In this document: positions 31,868 to 32,000 of the stretch, piece after piece
Numbering within the stretch: the stretch's first letter is position 1
Layout of the letters: each line of letters begins with the position of its first letter
DNA from: Gemmata obscuriglobus
GTDB lineage: Bacteria; Planctomycetota; Planctomycetia; Gemmatales; Gemmataceae
Assembly (NCBI RefSeq): GCF_008065095.1
Contig: NZ_CP042911.1
Location: forward strand, 8,430,001-8,462,000
Reading direction: 5' to 3'
DNA: 32,000 nucleotides
Translations under genes and position numbers: made by a program
Notes under the pieces: model-generated
The model's input: only the letters and a program-made list of their open reading frames with translations
Database searches by the model: none
Told to the model about the DNA's origin: nothing

Positions 31868-32000
31868 TCAGCTCCTCCACCGCGCGCAGGTGATCGGGTA
31901 TTTGTCGTCCGCCAGTTCGCCGACGGCGGTCGCGCGCCACCAGCGCCCGGCGGTGTCGCGCAGGTAGTCGGTTTCGGCTTGCGGCACGAGGTCGCGGAGC
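31868..32000 (-). CDS. partial phage gene (3' end; neck/tail-completion position)
   Basis: My translation is ...LRDLVPQAETDYLRDTAGRWWRATAVGELADDKYPITCARWRS*. The stop lies 3 nt before the tube gene ATG. The gene is truncated by the window edge. Confidence 0.4.
   Translation of the reverse strand, partial: LRDLVPQAETDYLRDTAGRWWRATAVGELADDKYPITCARWRS

Larger units (their letters stand above)
10323..32000 (-). mobile_element. siphovirus-like prophage (partial; continues past the window end)
   Basis: A tRNA 3' fragment sits at the left edge. The tube, G/GT frameshift chaperone and tape measure occur in canonical order. Small genes are tightly packed with ATGA/GTGA overlaps, and low-GC islands and a moron are embedded. 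No integrase, terminase or capsid genes are seen in the window. Confidence 0.7.

Noticed and set aside
10323-32000. Integrase, terminase, capsid, reverse transcriptase (DGR) or CRISPR-Cas genes in the prophage part
   Set aside because: I found no ORF with the corresponding motifs in this window. Their absence here is most simply due to the window ending at the tail tube gene.

Overview
All calls come from reading the sequence and the ORF track; no database search was possible. The DNA is very G+C-rich. Hand-counted 60-nt lines give 75% GC at 24001-24060, 47% at 15241-15300 and 25% at 11941-12000. PEP-CTERM-like anchors suggest a planctomycete, but that is a guess.

Bases 1-9.7 kb look chromosomal. 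They carry hom, two paralogous PEP-CTERM-like secreted proteins, a stand-alone Pnkp RNA-repair enzyme with no adjacent Hen1, a Tyr/Gly-rich secreted protein, pncA, a NUDIX hydrolase and a GNAT.

At 10323-10380 lies the 3' half of a tRNA with no D-arm. From there to the window end the content is a siphovirus-like prophage, mostly on the minus strand. Right to left it holds:
- tail tube, then a G/GT tail chaperone with a CCCAAAA -1 slippery site, tape measure and a distal tail protein;
- a signal-peptide moron on the opposite strand;
- a 528-aa Cys-repeat, poly-Thr-linker protein next to an 823-aa glycosyltransferase/methyltransferase fusion;
- a LamG protein, then a TM-anchored papain-like peptidase within a run of exported proteins;
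- a low-GC island with a 1037-aa NPPW adenine methyltransferase and a PD-(D/E)xK nuclease;
- an RHH-centred divergent switch with GACTAGTC palindromes, then small early genes including a SWIM finger;
- an AT-rich islet with a polyproline mini-ORF coupled to a 3-TM protein.

The candidates most worth follow-up are:
- the 15-17-nt motif GTGACATCGGCCGGG(GG), present three times in one orientation at late-operon junctions;
- the glycosylation and Cys/Thr-module pair;
- the methyltransferase-nuclease island;
- the 44-bp perfect palindrome at 1784-1880.
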